Of a stretch of 50,259 nucleotides of DNA, positions 1-8,761 are shown one piece after another. The notes under the pieces are model-generated. The model saw nothing but the letters and a program-made list of their open reading frames with translations, was not told where the DNA came from and did no database searches. Every line of letters starts with the position of its first letter. Within the stretch, counting starts at the first letter, position 1. Where the stretch lies: positions 1 through 50,259 of the forward strand of contig JBDRFC010000001.1 in NCBI GenBank assembly GCA_043819155.1, given 5' to 3'. The translations under genes were made by a program, and so were the position numbers. The stretch comes from Chloroflexota bacterium (GTDB lineage: Bacteria; Chloroflexota; Dehalococcoidia; Dehalococcoidales; G020351185).

Positions 1-1290
1 AGGGGTGGGCTGGTAAGGGTACGTGAGTTCACCATGAAAGACCTGTATAGCTTCGATACCGACGAAGAAGGATTAAGCAAGAGCTATCAGAATATGTTAG
101 CCGCTTACAGCAATATCTATAAACGCTGCCAACTGCCGGCAATGCTTGTCGAAGCCGATAGCGGAGCCATCGGCGGTAAGGACTCCCACGAGTTTATGGT
201 TATCTCAGATATGGGCGAAGACGAAATTATATACTGCGAAAACTGCAACTGCGCCGCCAACGCCGAAAAGGCAAAGAGTATAAAGAGTAAAGCTGAAAAC
301 GGTATTCCCCTACCTATAGAAGAAGTGGCTACGCCCGGTTGTTATACCATTGAAGAGGTATCGGATTTCCTGAATATACCCCGAAGCTGCACCCTGAAAG
401 CAGTCTTCTATGTTGCCGATGACGAACTGACCTTTGTCGTCATCAGGGGAGATATTGAGGTAAATGAGGTCAAGCTGAAGAACGTTCTGAACTGTACCGA
501 GCTGCGTCTGGCGACAGAGGGCGAAGCTATAAAAGCCGGGATAGTCGCCGGCTCAGCTTCACCGATAGGCTTAAAAAATATTAAAATTGTCGCCGATGAA
601 TCGGTAGCCTCGGTCACCAACTTCGTCGCCGGCGCCAATAAAGCTGATACCCATATCAGAAACGTCAACTACCCCAGAGATTTCAAGGCGGATATAGTAA
701 CCGATATATCCCTGGCCCGTGCCGGTGAAGGCTGCTCCGGCTGTGGCGGCAAGCTGCTTTCCGAACAGGGTATTGAAATAGGCCATATCTTTAAACTTGG
801 CACCTTCCTCAGCGAAAAACTGGATGCCTTCTTTATAGACACCGAGGGCAATTCCCGCCCCATCGTTATGGGCTGCTATGGCATCGGCATCGGCCGCCTT
901 ATGGCGGCTATAATTGAACTGAACCATGACGATAAGGGAATCATCTGGCCGCTATCCGTTGCCCCATATACAACCTATCTCTGCCCCCTGTTTATGGAAA
1001 ACGATGAAGTGAAAGATAAAGCCGAAAGCCTTTATGCTGAACTTGAAGCACAGGGATTTGAGGTTCTCTATGACGACCGCGACGAGTCCACCGGAGTCAA
1101 GTTCAACGACGCCGACCTGTTGGGTATCCCGCTACGGGTAACAATAAGCCCACGCTCGTTGGAGAAAAAGAGCATTGAACTGAAGTGGCGCTCGGAGAAA
1201 AAGGCAGAGCTAGTGTCTGTAGAGGAAGCGGTTGAAAAGATTAAAAAGCTGGTATCAACTGCGCAAACTGGCACCGAGTTTACCAGCTAG
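1..1290 (+). CDS. proS: prolyl-tRNA synthetase (bacterial type with editing insertion), 5' end cut by window edge
   Basis: Frame 1 is open from nt 1 (RGGLVRVREFTMKDLYSF, class II motif-2 region). It has an insertion/editing domain, the anticodon-binding C-terminus GIPLRVTISPR, and stop TAG at 1288-1290. Confidence 0.9.
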   Translation, partial: RGGLVRVREFTMKDLYSFDTDEEGLSKSYQNMLAAYSNIYKRCQLPAMLVEADSGAIGGKDSHEFMVISDMGEDEIIYCENCNCAANAEKAKSIKSKAENGIPLPIEEVATPGCYTIEEVSDFLNIPRSCTLKAVFYVADDELTFVVIRGDIEVNEVKLKNVLNCTELRLATEGEAIKAGIVAGSASPIGLKNIKIVADESVASVTNFVAGANKADTHIRNVNYPRDFKADIVTDISLARAGEGCSGCGGKLLSEQGIEIGHIFKLGTFLSEKLDAFFIDTEGNSRPIVMGCYGIGIGRLMAAIIELNHDDKGIIWPLSVAPYTTYLCPLFMENDEVKDKAESLYAELEAQGFEVLYDDRDESTGVKFNDADLLGIPLRVTISPRSLEKKSIELKWRSEKKAELVSVEEAVEKIKKLVSTAQTGTEFTS

Positions 1291-3657
1291 CTTGTTCAAT
1301 ATCTTCTGCTGGACTTTATCAACCTCTTTATCCGTCAGGGTGTGTTCCTTCGACTGGAAGCTAATGCGGTATGCCAGCGATTTTTTACCCACCGGCACCT
1401 GCTTGCCGGCATAGACATCAAACAGGGTCACTTTTTCAACAAGCGGAAAGTCCGTTATAATATCCAGCACCTGCCGGTGTTTAACATTTTTATCAACCAC
1501 CAGGGCAATATCCCGCACCACTGCCGGGAAGCGTGCTATCGGCTGGTAAAGATTATGACCAATGGTATGCGGTAAAAGTTTTGAGAGGTCTATCTCAAAG
1601 AGATAGACCTGCTGATTAATATCAAACGCTTCAGCTACTTTCGGATTTAATTCACCGACAACGCCAAGTTCATCTTCATTGACAGTAACAGCCGCCCGCT
1701 TACCTAAATGCAAGCCGCTGTCATCAGATTCCTTAAAACTTACACTTACACCCAGCTTATCCAGCAGGCTCTCCACCACCCCTTTAACGGTAAAGAAATC
1801 GAAGTGCTGAGCCCGGTTGGGCCAGGCTTTTTCAATCTCGGCAGACATAATCCCGCATAAGTACTCCGGTTCTTTTGGCAAATCATTATTACGGGGAATA
1901 TATACCCTGCCCTGTTCAAACAGCCTGATAGCCCCCTCTTCATGCCGCAGATTGGTTGCCAGGGCGGTTAAAAGGTTGCCTCTCAGGCTGGTGCGCAGAT
2001 ACTCCTGGTCGACCGTCATAGCATTCGCCATTCGTACCGGTGGTACCTCAAGGGGCGTACAATCTAATGCTTTTTCCAGCATTTCCAGGCTGGTAAGCGA
2101 ATAGCCAATAATCTCCTGAAAACCATGACCGGCAAGAATTTGTTTCACCCTGCTCTTAAAGCCCAGCACAGGCTCCGCATCTTGCTGCGGTAATGAACTA
2201 CTGAGCATGGTCGTTGGAATGGCATCATAGCCGATGACTCGGGCAATCTCCTCCGCCAGATCAGCCTCAATGTTTATATCGCTGCGCCAGTAAGGTGAAA
2301 TAACTAGAAATTCTGCCTCTCCTTTTGTTTTTTCTATTCCAAAGCCCAGAGATGTCAGTGTATCTGTTATCTGCTCGGTACTAAATTTGACCCCCAGCAG
2401 GCGCTCTACTTTCCCGGCACGCAACCTGATCTTTTTTTGTTCTTGCTTACCCGGATATACATCAATGATACCTTTAGCCGCCTTACCTCCGGCCAGTTCT
2501 GCTATAAGTTGAGTTGCCCGTTTCAATGCCGGTTCGGCCAGTTCGGGACGGATAGACCTCTCAAAGCGCATACTGGCTTCGCTTATCAGGCGTAAACCAT
2601 GGCTGGTATAGTGAATACTTGCCGGATTGAAATTGGCTGATTCCAGCAGGATAGATGTAGTCCTCTCGCTCACCTCGCTGTTGGCGCCACCCATAATACC
2701 GGCGATAGCCACCGCCCGTTCGCCATCGGTGATAACCAATGTATCGCTATCAAGTTTTCTTTCCGCATCGTCCAGCGTTATAATCGCTTCACCTTTGATA
2801 GCCCGCCGAACGTTTATCTTTCCATCCCTTATCTTTCTAAAATCAAAACCATGCAGTGGTTGCCCGTATTCCAGCATAACGTAGTTGGTAACATCAACGA
2901 TATTATTAATCGGGCGCATACCGCAGGCTAAAAGCCTTTGCTTTAGCCATTCGGGTGAATCACCTATCTCTATACCGCTAATCAGGCTGGCGCAGTAGCG
3001 TGGACATAAATCAGGGTCGGAAATCGTAACTGAAACCTGTTCTTCTATCGGTGAGCCTGGTTCTGCATATTCAACTTCAGGCAAAGTTACCGGCTGGTTT
3101 GTAAGCGCCGCAACTTCCCGTGCGACACCGATAATAGACAGTAAATCGGGGCGGTTGGGGGTTACCTCCAGGTTAAGGACGATATCAGCCAGAAAGTCCG
3201 CCAGGGGCCTGCCCTGCGGCGCTTCAGGAGGCAGTACCATAATGCCTTCGTGGCTATCGGATATGCCCAGCTCCTTTTCCGAGCATACCATACCGCAGGA
3301 GGTAACGCCGCGAATCTTTGCCGGCTTAAGAACAGCCTTCTTCCCGCTATAACCATCTATAAGCTCGGTGCCAACACTGGCAAAAGCAATCTTATCACCA
3401 ACAGTAAGGTTGGGAGCACCGCAGACCACCGTCTGCTCTTCTACATCTAGATTAACGGTAACCAGCCTCAGGCGGTCGGCGTCGGGATGGGCTTCTACGG
3501 CCACTATTTCGCCGATAACGACCCCCTGCCAGCTTTCACCACCACCCAGTGATTGCAAACTGGTTTCAGTGCCAGCCATCGTTAACTGCCGGGCAATCTC
3601 TGCCGATGGCAGGTTTATATAAACGTATTCCTTTAGCCACTTTAACGGGACTTTCAT
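1255..3657 (-). CDS. pheT: phenylalanyl-tRNA synthetase beta subunit
   Basis: 800 aa. It has an N-terminal tRNA-binding OB domain (MKVPLKWLKEY..HPDADRL), B3/4 and B5 domains, and a C-terminal FDX-ACB-like end. It lies 4 nt downstream of pheS. Confidence 0.93.
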   Translation of the reverse strand: MKVPLKWLKEYVYINLPSAEIARQLTMAGTETSLQSLGGGESWQGVVIGEIVAVEAHPDADRLRLVTVNLDVEEQTVVCGAPNLTVGDKIAFASVGTELIDGYSGKKAVLKPAKIRGVTSCGMVCSEKELGISDSHEGIMVLPPEAPQGRPLADFLADIVLNLEVTPNRPDLLSIIGVAREVAALTNQPVTLPEVEYAEPGSPIEEQVSVTISDPDLCPRYCASLISGIEIGDSPEWLKQRLLACGMRPINNIVDVTNYVMLEYGQPLHGFDFRKIRDGKINVRRAIKGEAIITLDDAERKLDSDTLVITDGERAVAIAGIMGGANSEVSERTTSILLESANFNPASIHYTSHGLRLISEASMRFERSIRPELAEPALKRATQLIAELAGGKAAKGIIDVYPGKQEQKKIRLRAGKVERLLGVKFSTEQITDTLTSLGFGIEKTKGEAEFLVISPYWRSDINIEADLAEEIARVIGYDAIPTTMLSSSLPQQDAEPVLGFKSRVKQILAGHGFQEIIGYSLTSLEMLEKALDCTPLEVPPVRMANAMTVDQEYLRTSLRGNLLTALATNLRHEEGAIRLFEQGRVYIPRNNDLPKEPEYLCGIMSAEIEKAWPNRAQHFDFFTVKGVVESLLDKLGVSVSFKESDDSGLHLGKRAAVTVNEDELGVVGELNPKVAEAFDINQQVYLFEIDLSKLLPHTIGHNLYQPIARFPAVVRDIALVVDKNVKHRQVLDIITDFPLVEKVTLFDVYAGKQVPVGKKSLAYRISFQSKEHTLTDKEVDKVQQKILNKLAGKLGASLRS

Positions 3658-3661
3658 TTTT

Positions 3662-4705
3662 CTAAAACTGCCTTAAAAATCTGAGGTCGCTGCCATAAAA
3701 CAGGCGTATATCGTCAATACCATAGCGCAGCATCGGGATACGCTCTATACCCATACCGAAGGCAAAACCGGAATAGACCTCGGGGTCGATGTTTACCCTT
3801 TCCAATACCTTCGGGTGTACCATACCGGCACCCAGTATTTCAATCCAGCCGCTATTACTGCATAAGCGGCAGCCACCACCTTTGCAGACAGCGCACTCAA
3901 TAGCCATCTCAACACCGGGCTCGACGAATGGGAAATAGTCACAACGGAAGCGCACTTTTCTATCCCGGCCGAAGAAACGACGGGAGAACTCGTACAATGT
4001 ACCTTTGAGGTCAGCCATTGTAATATCTTTATCAATGGCAAAGCCTTCAATCTGGAAAAACATGGGTATATGGGTGGCATCGATAGCCTCATAACGGTAT
4101 ACCTTACCCGGCACCACCACCCTCAGCGGTGGTTTTGCCTTTTCCATAACCCTGATTTGCATCGGCGAAGTATGTGTCCGCAGCAGCATCGGCCTATCTC
4201 CGCTATCCGCTTCATAATCCGCCCACAATGTCGCCATGGTATCCCGCGCCGGGTGCTCTTTGGGAATATTAAGCGCCTCGAAGTTGTAATAGTCCCACTC
4301 CACCTCCGGGCCTTCTAGAACCTGAAAACCCATTGAGATGAATATCTGGCTCATTTCATCTATAACCTGAGTTACCGGATGCAAACGGCCGACAGGCAAC
4401 GAATGACCAGGCAAAGAAACATCCAGCTGCTCTTCCCCGGCCGATTCAATCTGCTTTTGACCAAGAACCTGTTCCTTCTGGCTCAGGCTCTTTTCAAGCT
4501 CGGCTTTTAACCTGTTGGCGGCGGCGCCAACTTCTTTTCTCTCATCAATAAGCAGGCTGGATAAGCCGCGCAAAACATCGTTAAGCCTGCTTTTCTTCCC
4601 CAGATAACGAACACGCCAGGCTTCTATTTCTTTAGCATCGCTGGCGTCTGCCAGCTCACGCAGCGCTTTTTCTTTCAGCTCCCCTATCTGTTTTAATAAA
4701 TTCAT
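3662..4705 (-). CDS. pheS: phenylalanyl-tRNA synthetase alpha subunit
   Basis: 347 aa. It has an N-terminal coiled coil and class II catalytic motifs (HPxxxxxDTxY-like [35 protein letters not shown]). Confidence 0.93.
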   Translation of the reverse strand: MNLLKQIGELKEKALRELADASDAKEIEAWRVRYLGKKSRLNDVLRGLSSLLIDERKEVGAAANRLKAELEKSLSQKEQVLGQKQIESAGEEQLDVSLPGHSLPVGRLHPVTQVIDEMSQIFISMGFQVLEGPEVEWDYYNFEALNIPKEHPARDTMATLWADYEADSGDRPMLLRTHTSPMQIRVMEKAKPPLRVVVPGKVYRYEAIDATHIPMFFQIEGFAIDKDITMADLKGTLYEFSRRFFGRDRKVRFRCDYFPFVEPGVEMAIECAVCKGGGCRLCSNSGWIEILGAGMVHPKVLERVNIDPEVYSGFAFGMGIERIPMLRYGIDDIRLFYGSDLRFLRQF

Positions 4706-4737
4706 TTTACGAAATACTACTTCAGTTTTGTTTAAGG

Positions 4738-4767
4738 ATTATAGGCTATCACAGCTAAAGCGGTCAA
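4738..4767 (-). promoter_or_regulatory. sigma70-like promoter for pheST
   Basis: On the minus strand: TTGACC (4767-4762), 18-nt spacer, TATAAT (4743-4738). It sits about 33 nt upstream of the pheS ATG. Confidence 0.55.
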
Positions 4768-4790
4768 ATAGCTTTTATAGTTTTAAATAA

Positions 4791-4816
4791 GGAGCAGGGC
4801 TACTTAGCCCTGCTCC
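4791..4816 (-). terminator. rho-independent terminator downstream of the protease/small-ORF unit
   Basis: Perfect 11-bp stem GGAGCAGGGCT/AGCCCTGCTCC with a 4-nt loop. On the minus strand it is followed by TTATTTAAAA. It lies 30 nt after the stop of the 51-aa ORF. Confidence 0.7.
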
Positions 4817-4845
4817 TTACTATGCTTCTACCAACAGATTATTGC

Positions 4846-5001
4846 TTATATCTCTTTATCTAGAATCTTCTTCTTCAGTGTCTCCCACTCGCTCTGTTTT
4901 AGAACACAGATATTGTCTTTCTCCCCGATTTCAACACGGTCGTCGTCAATTTTAACTACCGGGCAACACGACTGCTCGCCACATAAACTCACAATTTTCA
5001 A
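4846..5001 (-). CDS. small Cys-motif protein (51 aa), unknown function; not in the supplied ORF track (<60 aa)
   Basis: TTG start at 5001 is preceded by GAGGAGG with 8-nt spacing. Translation: MKIVSLCGEQSCCPVVKIDDDRVEIGEKDNICVLKQSEWETLKKKILDKEI. It is followed by a strong terminator and lies in the same orientation directly downstream of the S41 protease. Confidence 0.6.
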   Translation of the reverse strand: MKIVSLCGEQSCCPVVKIDDDRVEIGEKDNICVLKQSEWETLKKKILDKEI

Positions 5002-5065
5002 CGCTTTTACCTCCTCTAAGATTTACATATATTATACAATATATAGTCAATAAAACCAATATGGA

Positions 5066-6217
5066 CTATTTAACGCCATACAGGAAGTCTATAGCCCACT
5101 GTATGGCATCATCTCCCTCAAGCTCAAGCTCCACATCCGGTGCAATACCTTCGCCTTCTATGAGGTTACCGTTTGGCGTCAACCAGCGAGCGGCTGTAAT
5201 ATAGATTCCAGAGCCATCGGCAAGCTGCAGCAGGTAATTAACACTTCCCTTGCCGTAAGTACTTGAACCGGCTATAGTAGCCCGGTTATAGTCCTGAAGG
5301 GCGCCGGATACAACCTCACTGCCGCTGGCGCTGAAGCTATCAACCAGCACTACCATCGGCAGGTCGGTTGTTATCTGCTGTTTATTAGCTTTCAACTCTT
5401 CCAGATTACCCTCGTTATCCCTTATGCTGATAACGACCAATCCCTCATCCACAAAACGGCTGGTAACATCAACAACCGTTTGCAGTAAGCCACCGGGGTT
5501 ACTGCGCAGGTCAAGTATAATGCCGACAGCACTGGCGGCGTCTATAGCTTCCAGCACTGGCGTTAGCTCTTCATTTGTCCGCTCGTTAAACTCGTTTATC
5601 TGAATATAAGCAATGTCACCCCGCATTTCAAAAATGACGCTATCGACTTCAATCTCATCGCGGATGATTACAATATCCACCGGCTCTGTCTCGTCCGAAT
5701 GAAGGATGAGAAGGCTGACCGATGTTCCCTTTGCCCCGCGGACCTTCAGTATTATTTCATAAAGACCCATACCCGAAGTAGAGACTCCATCTACCTCCAT
5801 TATGGCATCACCGGGCTGTATGCCGGCCTCGGCTGCCGGTGCACCGGCTATGGGGGCAACAACTACAATCTGTCCATCCTCGTCAACCGTTATTACGGCA
5901 CCTATACCCTCAAATTTTCCTTCCATATCTTCAAAGCTAAGCTGGTAACTTTCATTATCCAGATAGGTTGTATAGGGATCATCCAGCATATCCAGCATGC
6001 CCTCAATGGCAGCCTGACTCAACTGGTCGACATCAACCTTATCTTTCTCCACATAGTCATTAAGAATGATATCCCACACCTGTTCTACGCTGGCAAAGGT
6101 TGGGTCTTGCGGAGCGGCCGCAACGCCCAGAACATATCCAAAGCCAAATGATATAACTATAATGGCTACAGATAACAGGCTTAGCAATAACGCGCTTTTT
6201 CTTGACATCGGATTCAC
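5066..6217 (-). CDS. S41 family C-terminal processing peptidase with PDZ domain, N-terminal membrane anchor
   Basis: 383 aa. It has a PDZ (GIQPGDAIMEVDG), the tail-specific protease motifs LDLRSNPGG and SASGSEV (Ser), and YGKGSV (Lys). Confidence 0.88.
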   Translation of the reverse strand: MNPMSRKSALLLSLLSVAIIVISFGFGYVLGVAAAPQDPTFASVEQVWDIILNDYVEKDKVDVDQLSQAAIEGMLDMLDDPYTTYLDNESYQLSFEDMEGKFEGIGAVITVDEDGQIVVVAPIAGAPAAEAGIQPGDAIMEVDGVSTSGMGLYEIILKVRGAKGTSVSLLILHSDETEPVDIVIIRDEIEVDSVIFEMRGDIAYIQINEFNERTNEELTPVLEAIDAASAVGIILDLRSNPGGLLQTVVDVTSRFVDEGLVVISIRDNEGNLEELKANKQQITTDLPMVVLVDSFSASGSEVVSGALQDYNRATIAGSSTYGKGSVNYLLQLADGSGIYITAARWLTPNGNLIEGEGIAPDVELELEGDDAIQWAIDFLYGVK

Positions 6218-6334
6218 CCCCTGAACGTCCTGTAATAGAGTTTATCAACTATATGGAAATAAAGAAAGCCGCCCGTAGAAAAACTGGTGAGAGTTCGGAT
6301 TAAAATTCATTAAGTGGTTATTTTGTTTTATTCT

Positions 6335-6592
6335 TTATAAAGAAGGTTGCGGTGATTTTGGAATAACTGTATCTACAATCTTTATGGTATTTTCTATATC
6401 GTTCAGGCCAAGTGATAATCCAGCCTTGTTTAATTCTCTGTAACCCATACCGTGGAAAAGGTGGCACCCGGCAACGCGGCACATTTCATCATAAAGGGCA
6501 GGCCAACGGCTACCGCAACGATCAAAACAGAAAAGAATGAAATCCCGGGCTAGTGGATCAGTGGTTCGCATTACTGAAATGATAATCCGCAT
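6335..6592 (-). CDS. hypothetical protein (85 aa)
   Basis: Open frame with protein-like composition (WPALYDEMCRVAGCHLFHGMGYRELNKAG). I recognise no family. Confidence 0.45.
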   Translation of the reverse strand: MRIIISVMRTTDPLARDFILFCFDRCGSRWPALYDEMCRVAGCHLFHGMGYRELNKAGLSLGLNDIENTIKIVDTVIPKSPQPSL

Positions 6593-6752
6593 CAGCCCCG
6601 AGTGGCAAACTGGCTGACAGTTACTGTCCCTCTACCACCTAATTCGCCCTAACCCCCCATCCTCTTCTTTACTGGCCTTTTCTGCCATTTCCTCAACCCC
6701 CAATCTGCAGCTGAAATATTTTCCAAATTTTAACAAAGACTACTTTGTAAAC

Positions 6753-7118
6753 GGGCCAAGTAAACCTGTAAGCCGAGTTCTGTACTGTGGCAATCGCCGC
6801 AGTGGTGACCATCTATCTAGCCCTGGCGTTGCCACCAGGGTCAAGCGACCAACCCGGGGACAGGCCGGGCGTCCTTAGGTCCCTCTATTCGGTCTTGCTC
6901 CGGATGGGGTTTGCCCAGCCGACCGGTCACCCGGCCGCTGGTGAGCTCTTACCTCACCATTTCACCCTTACCGATGGCTAATAAATAGACCGCCGGCGGT
7001 ATGTTTCTGTGGTACTTTCCGTGGAGTCGCCCCCCCTGGGTGTTACCCAGCATCCTGCCCGGTGGAGCTCGGACTTTCCTCCCCTTTCAGGGCGGTCACC
7101 CGGTTTACTTGACCCACC
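6753..7118 (-). ncRNA. rnpB: RNase P RNA, bacterial type A
   Basis: The minus strand reads GGGUCAAGUAAACC...GGGGAGGAAAGUCCGAGCUCCACC (universal CR-I GGAAAGUCCGG-type motif)...ACAGAACUCGGCUUACAGGUUUACUUGGCCC. The 5' and 3' ends pair as P1 (GGGUCAAGUAAACC/GGUUUACUUGGCCC). Length is about 366 nt. Confidence 0.9.
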
Positions 7119-7121
7119 TAT

Positions 7122-7150
7122 ACTCTAGTATAGCGGGTATAAGAAGTCAA
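7122..7150 (-). promoter_or_regulatory. promoter of rnpB
   Basis: On the minus strand: TTGACT (7150-7145), 17-nt spacer, TAGAGT (7127-7122). The predicted start, about 7 nt downstream, coincides with the first P1 nucleotides (about 7115-7118). Confidence 0.6.
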
Positions 7151-7176
7151 TTTATAAAATATAATTAGAACTGATT

Positions 7177-7572
7177 TCACCTCAAGGCGGCATTTGCCAG
7201 CTTATCGGCTTCCCTGTTCTGCTGGCGGGGAACATGTTTTATCTTAAAGCCTTTCAGCGTGCCTTGCAGCTGTTTCACCCGCTGATACAGCGGTCTGAGG
7301 GTTTCTTTTTTTACCCTGTATTGTCCCTTTATCTGCCTGACCACCAGCTCCGAATCCGAATTCAATTCAACTTCGTCGGCATCCAATGGCTGAATCTCCT
7401 CAAGGGCAGCGATAATCGCCCTGTATTCAGCCTGGTTATTTGTCGCCCGGCCAATGCTCTGTGATATAGAGGCCACCAGCCCGCCTTTTTCATCCCGGAT
7501 AATGACACCTATAGACGCCTGCCCCGGATTGCCCTTCGAGGCGCCGTCTGTATGTATTATCAGCTTTTTCAT
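7177..7572 (-). CDS. rnhA: ribonuclease HI family protein
   Basis: 131 aa. It carries the DEDD motif series: HTDGASKGNPG, NNQAEYRAIIAAL, DSELVVRQI, NREADKLAN. Confidence 0.88.
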   Translation of the reverse strand: MKKLIIHTDGASKGNPGQASIGVIIRDEKGGLVASISQSIGRATNNQAEYRAIIAALEEIQPLDADEVELNSDSELVVRQIKGQYRVKKETLRPLYQRVKQLQGTLKGFKIKHVPRQQNREADKLANAALR

Positions 7573-7578
7573 AAAACC

Positions 7579-8274
7579 TCAATCTACAAACAATATGCGC
7601 CCACAGCTATTGCACATGATTATCTTATTGCCCTTTACCCGCTGCAATTCTGCAGTTGATAGGGATATACCACAACCGCGGCATATCCCCTGCTCCACCC
7701 GGGCTACCGCTTTCCCTTTTTTCTGCCTGAGCTTTCTATAGCAATCAGCCGTTTCATCATCAATCCCTGCCAGCTCCTGCTGCTGTTCCTTCTTTAGCCC
7801 GGATAATGAAATTTTCAGCTCTTCTATCGCATCGGAAAGCTGTTTTTGCTCCTGCCGCCAGCTTTTTTCAACCTCGCCAAGTTGCTGCTTTAGCCTCGCC
7901 AGTTCGCTTGTTGCCACTTCTGCCTGCTCCATAATCTCAAGGACTTTTTCCTCCAGGCTATTGCGTTTATTCTTAAAGCTTTCAACCTCATGCTGCAGGC
8001 TGGACAACTCTTTCGGGTTTGCTATCCTGCCGCTGTAAAGGGCTTCCTGGGCTGATAACAGTTTACCGGCGACATCCTCAATCTCCCACTCGGCATTGTG
8101 CTGTTTTTTCTTGAGCTCTCCGAGGCGCTTTTCACCTGCCGACAACCTGTCTCTTGCCTCAAGCAGCACCTTGCTTTCCCCGAGCCCGGCCAGGCTCTGT
8201 GCCAGAGTTTGCTCCTTTGATTCTATATCAAGCTCGATAGCCTGAAGCTGATAGAGTTGCCTTGTTATTCCCAT
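7579..8274 (-). CDS. coiled-coil protein with C-terminal C4 zinc ribbon (COG1579/DUF164-like)
   Basis: 231 aa. A long heptad-rich region is followed by CRGCGISL...CNSCGRIL. Confidence 0.75.
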   Translation of the reverse strand: MGITRQLYQLQAIELDIESKEQTLAQSLAGLGESKVLLEARDRLSAGEKRLGELKKKQHNAEWEIEDVAGKLLSAQEALYSGRIANPKELSSLQHEVESFKNKRNSLEEKVLEIMEQAEVATSELARLKQQLGEVEKSWRQEQKQLSDAIEELKISLSGLKKEQQQELAGIDDETADCYRKLRQKKGKAVARVEQGICRGCGISLSTAELQRVKGNKIIMCNSCGRILFVD

Positions 8275-8342
8275 TTTTTCCCTCTTATTTTATAGCCAAT
8301 CCAACCGAATAGCAAAAAACGACAAAACTCAATAGCTGAATA

Positions 8343-8359
8343 AGAACATTTGTGCTATT
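8343..8359 (+). promoter_or_regulatory. 17-nt dyad motif AGAACATTTGTGCTATT overlapping an extended -10 (TGcTATTCT), upstream of the small terminase-like gene
   Basis: 16/17 identical to 13421-13437. It contains the near-palindrome AGAACAT(A/T)TGTGCT. Confidence 0.55.
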
Positions 8360-8392
8360 CTTACAATGTATCAAACCTAGGAGACGAAACAT

Positions 8393-8761
8393 ATGCCAAC
8401 TGAAGCGGAAAATGGAAAGAGGGGAGCCCCACAAGGCAATCAGAACGCCAGAAAACACGGCTTCTACTCCAGGGTGCTTGATGAAGAGGAACAGCTTGAT
8501 TTTGAGCAGGCTACCCGTGTCGAAGGCCTTGATGACGAGATTGCCATGCTGAGGGTAAGGATAAAATCCGTTCTCAAGCATGATTCGGACAATATGAAGC
8601 TTATTGCGCAGGCAACCAATGCCCTGGCCAGGCTTGTCAGCACCAGATACAACATAAGCAAGAATGACAGGAACGGGCTAAAAGAGGCAATAAATAACGT
8701 CCTTAAAGATGTTGCCCTGCCACTTGGCATCGGCTTTATCGGGAAGATAATTGATAAATAG
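8393..8761 (+). CDS. phage small terminase-like protein
   Basis: 122 aa. The N-terminal GAPQGNQNARKHGFYS motif is typical of YjcR-like small terminase proteins. It sits directly upstream of, and overlaps, the large terminase frame. Confidence 0.6.
   Translation: MPTEAENGKRGAPQGNQNARKHGFYSRVLDEEEQLDFEQATRVEGLDDEIAMLRVRIKSVLKHDSDNMKLIAQATNALARLVSTRYNISKNDRNGLKEAINNVLKDVALPLGIGFIGKIIDK

Noticed and set aside
4706-4790. Possible T-box or other leader riboswitch upstream of pheS
   Set aside because: The leader between the predicted promoter and the ATG is only ~30 nt, with no specifier/T-box sequence or extended structure.
5699-6151. 150-aa plus-strand ORF
   Set aside because: It is antisense to the S41 protease gene, so it is a shadow ORF.
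6787-6981. 64-aa plus-strand ORF
   Set aside because: It lies entirely inside the RNase P RNA gene on the opposite strand. The Pro/Gly/Arg-rich translation is typical of a GC-rich structured RNA, not a protein.
8285-8581. 98-aa minus-strand ORF at the left edge of the phage-like cluster
   Set aside because: It overlaps the promoter motif and the N-terminal half of the small-terminase-like gene. It has no SD and an implausible hydrophobic/aromatic sequence.
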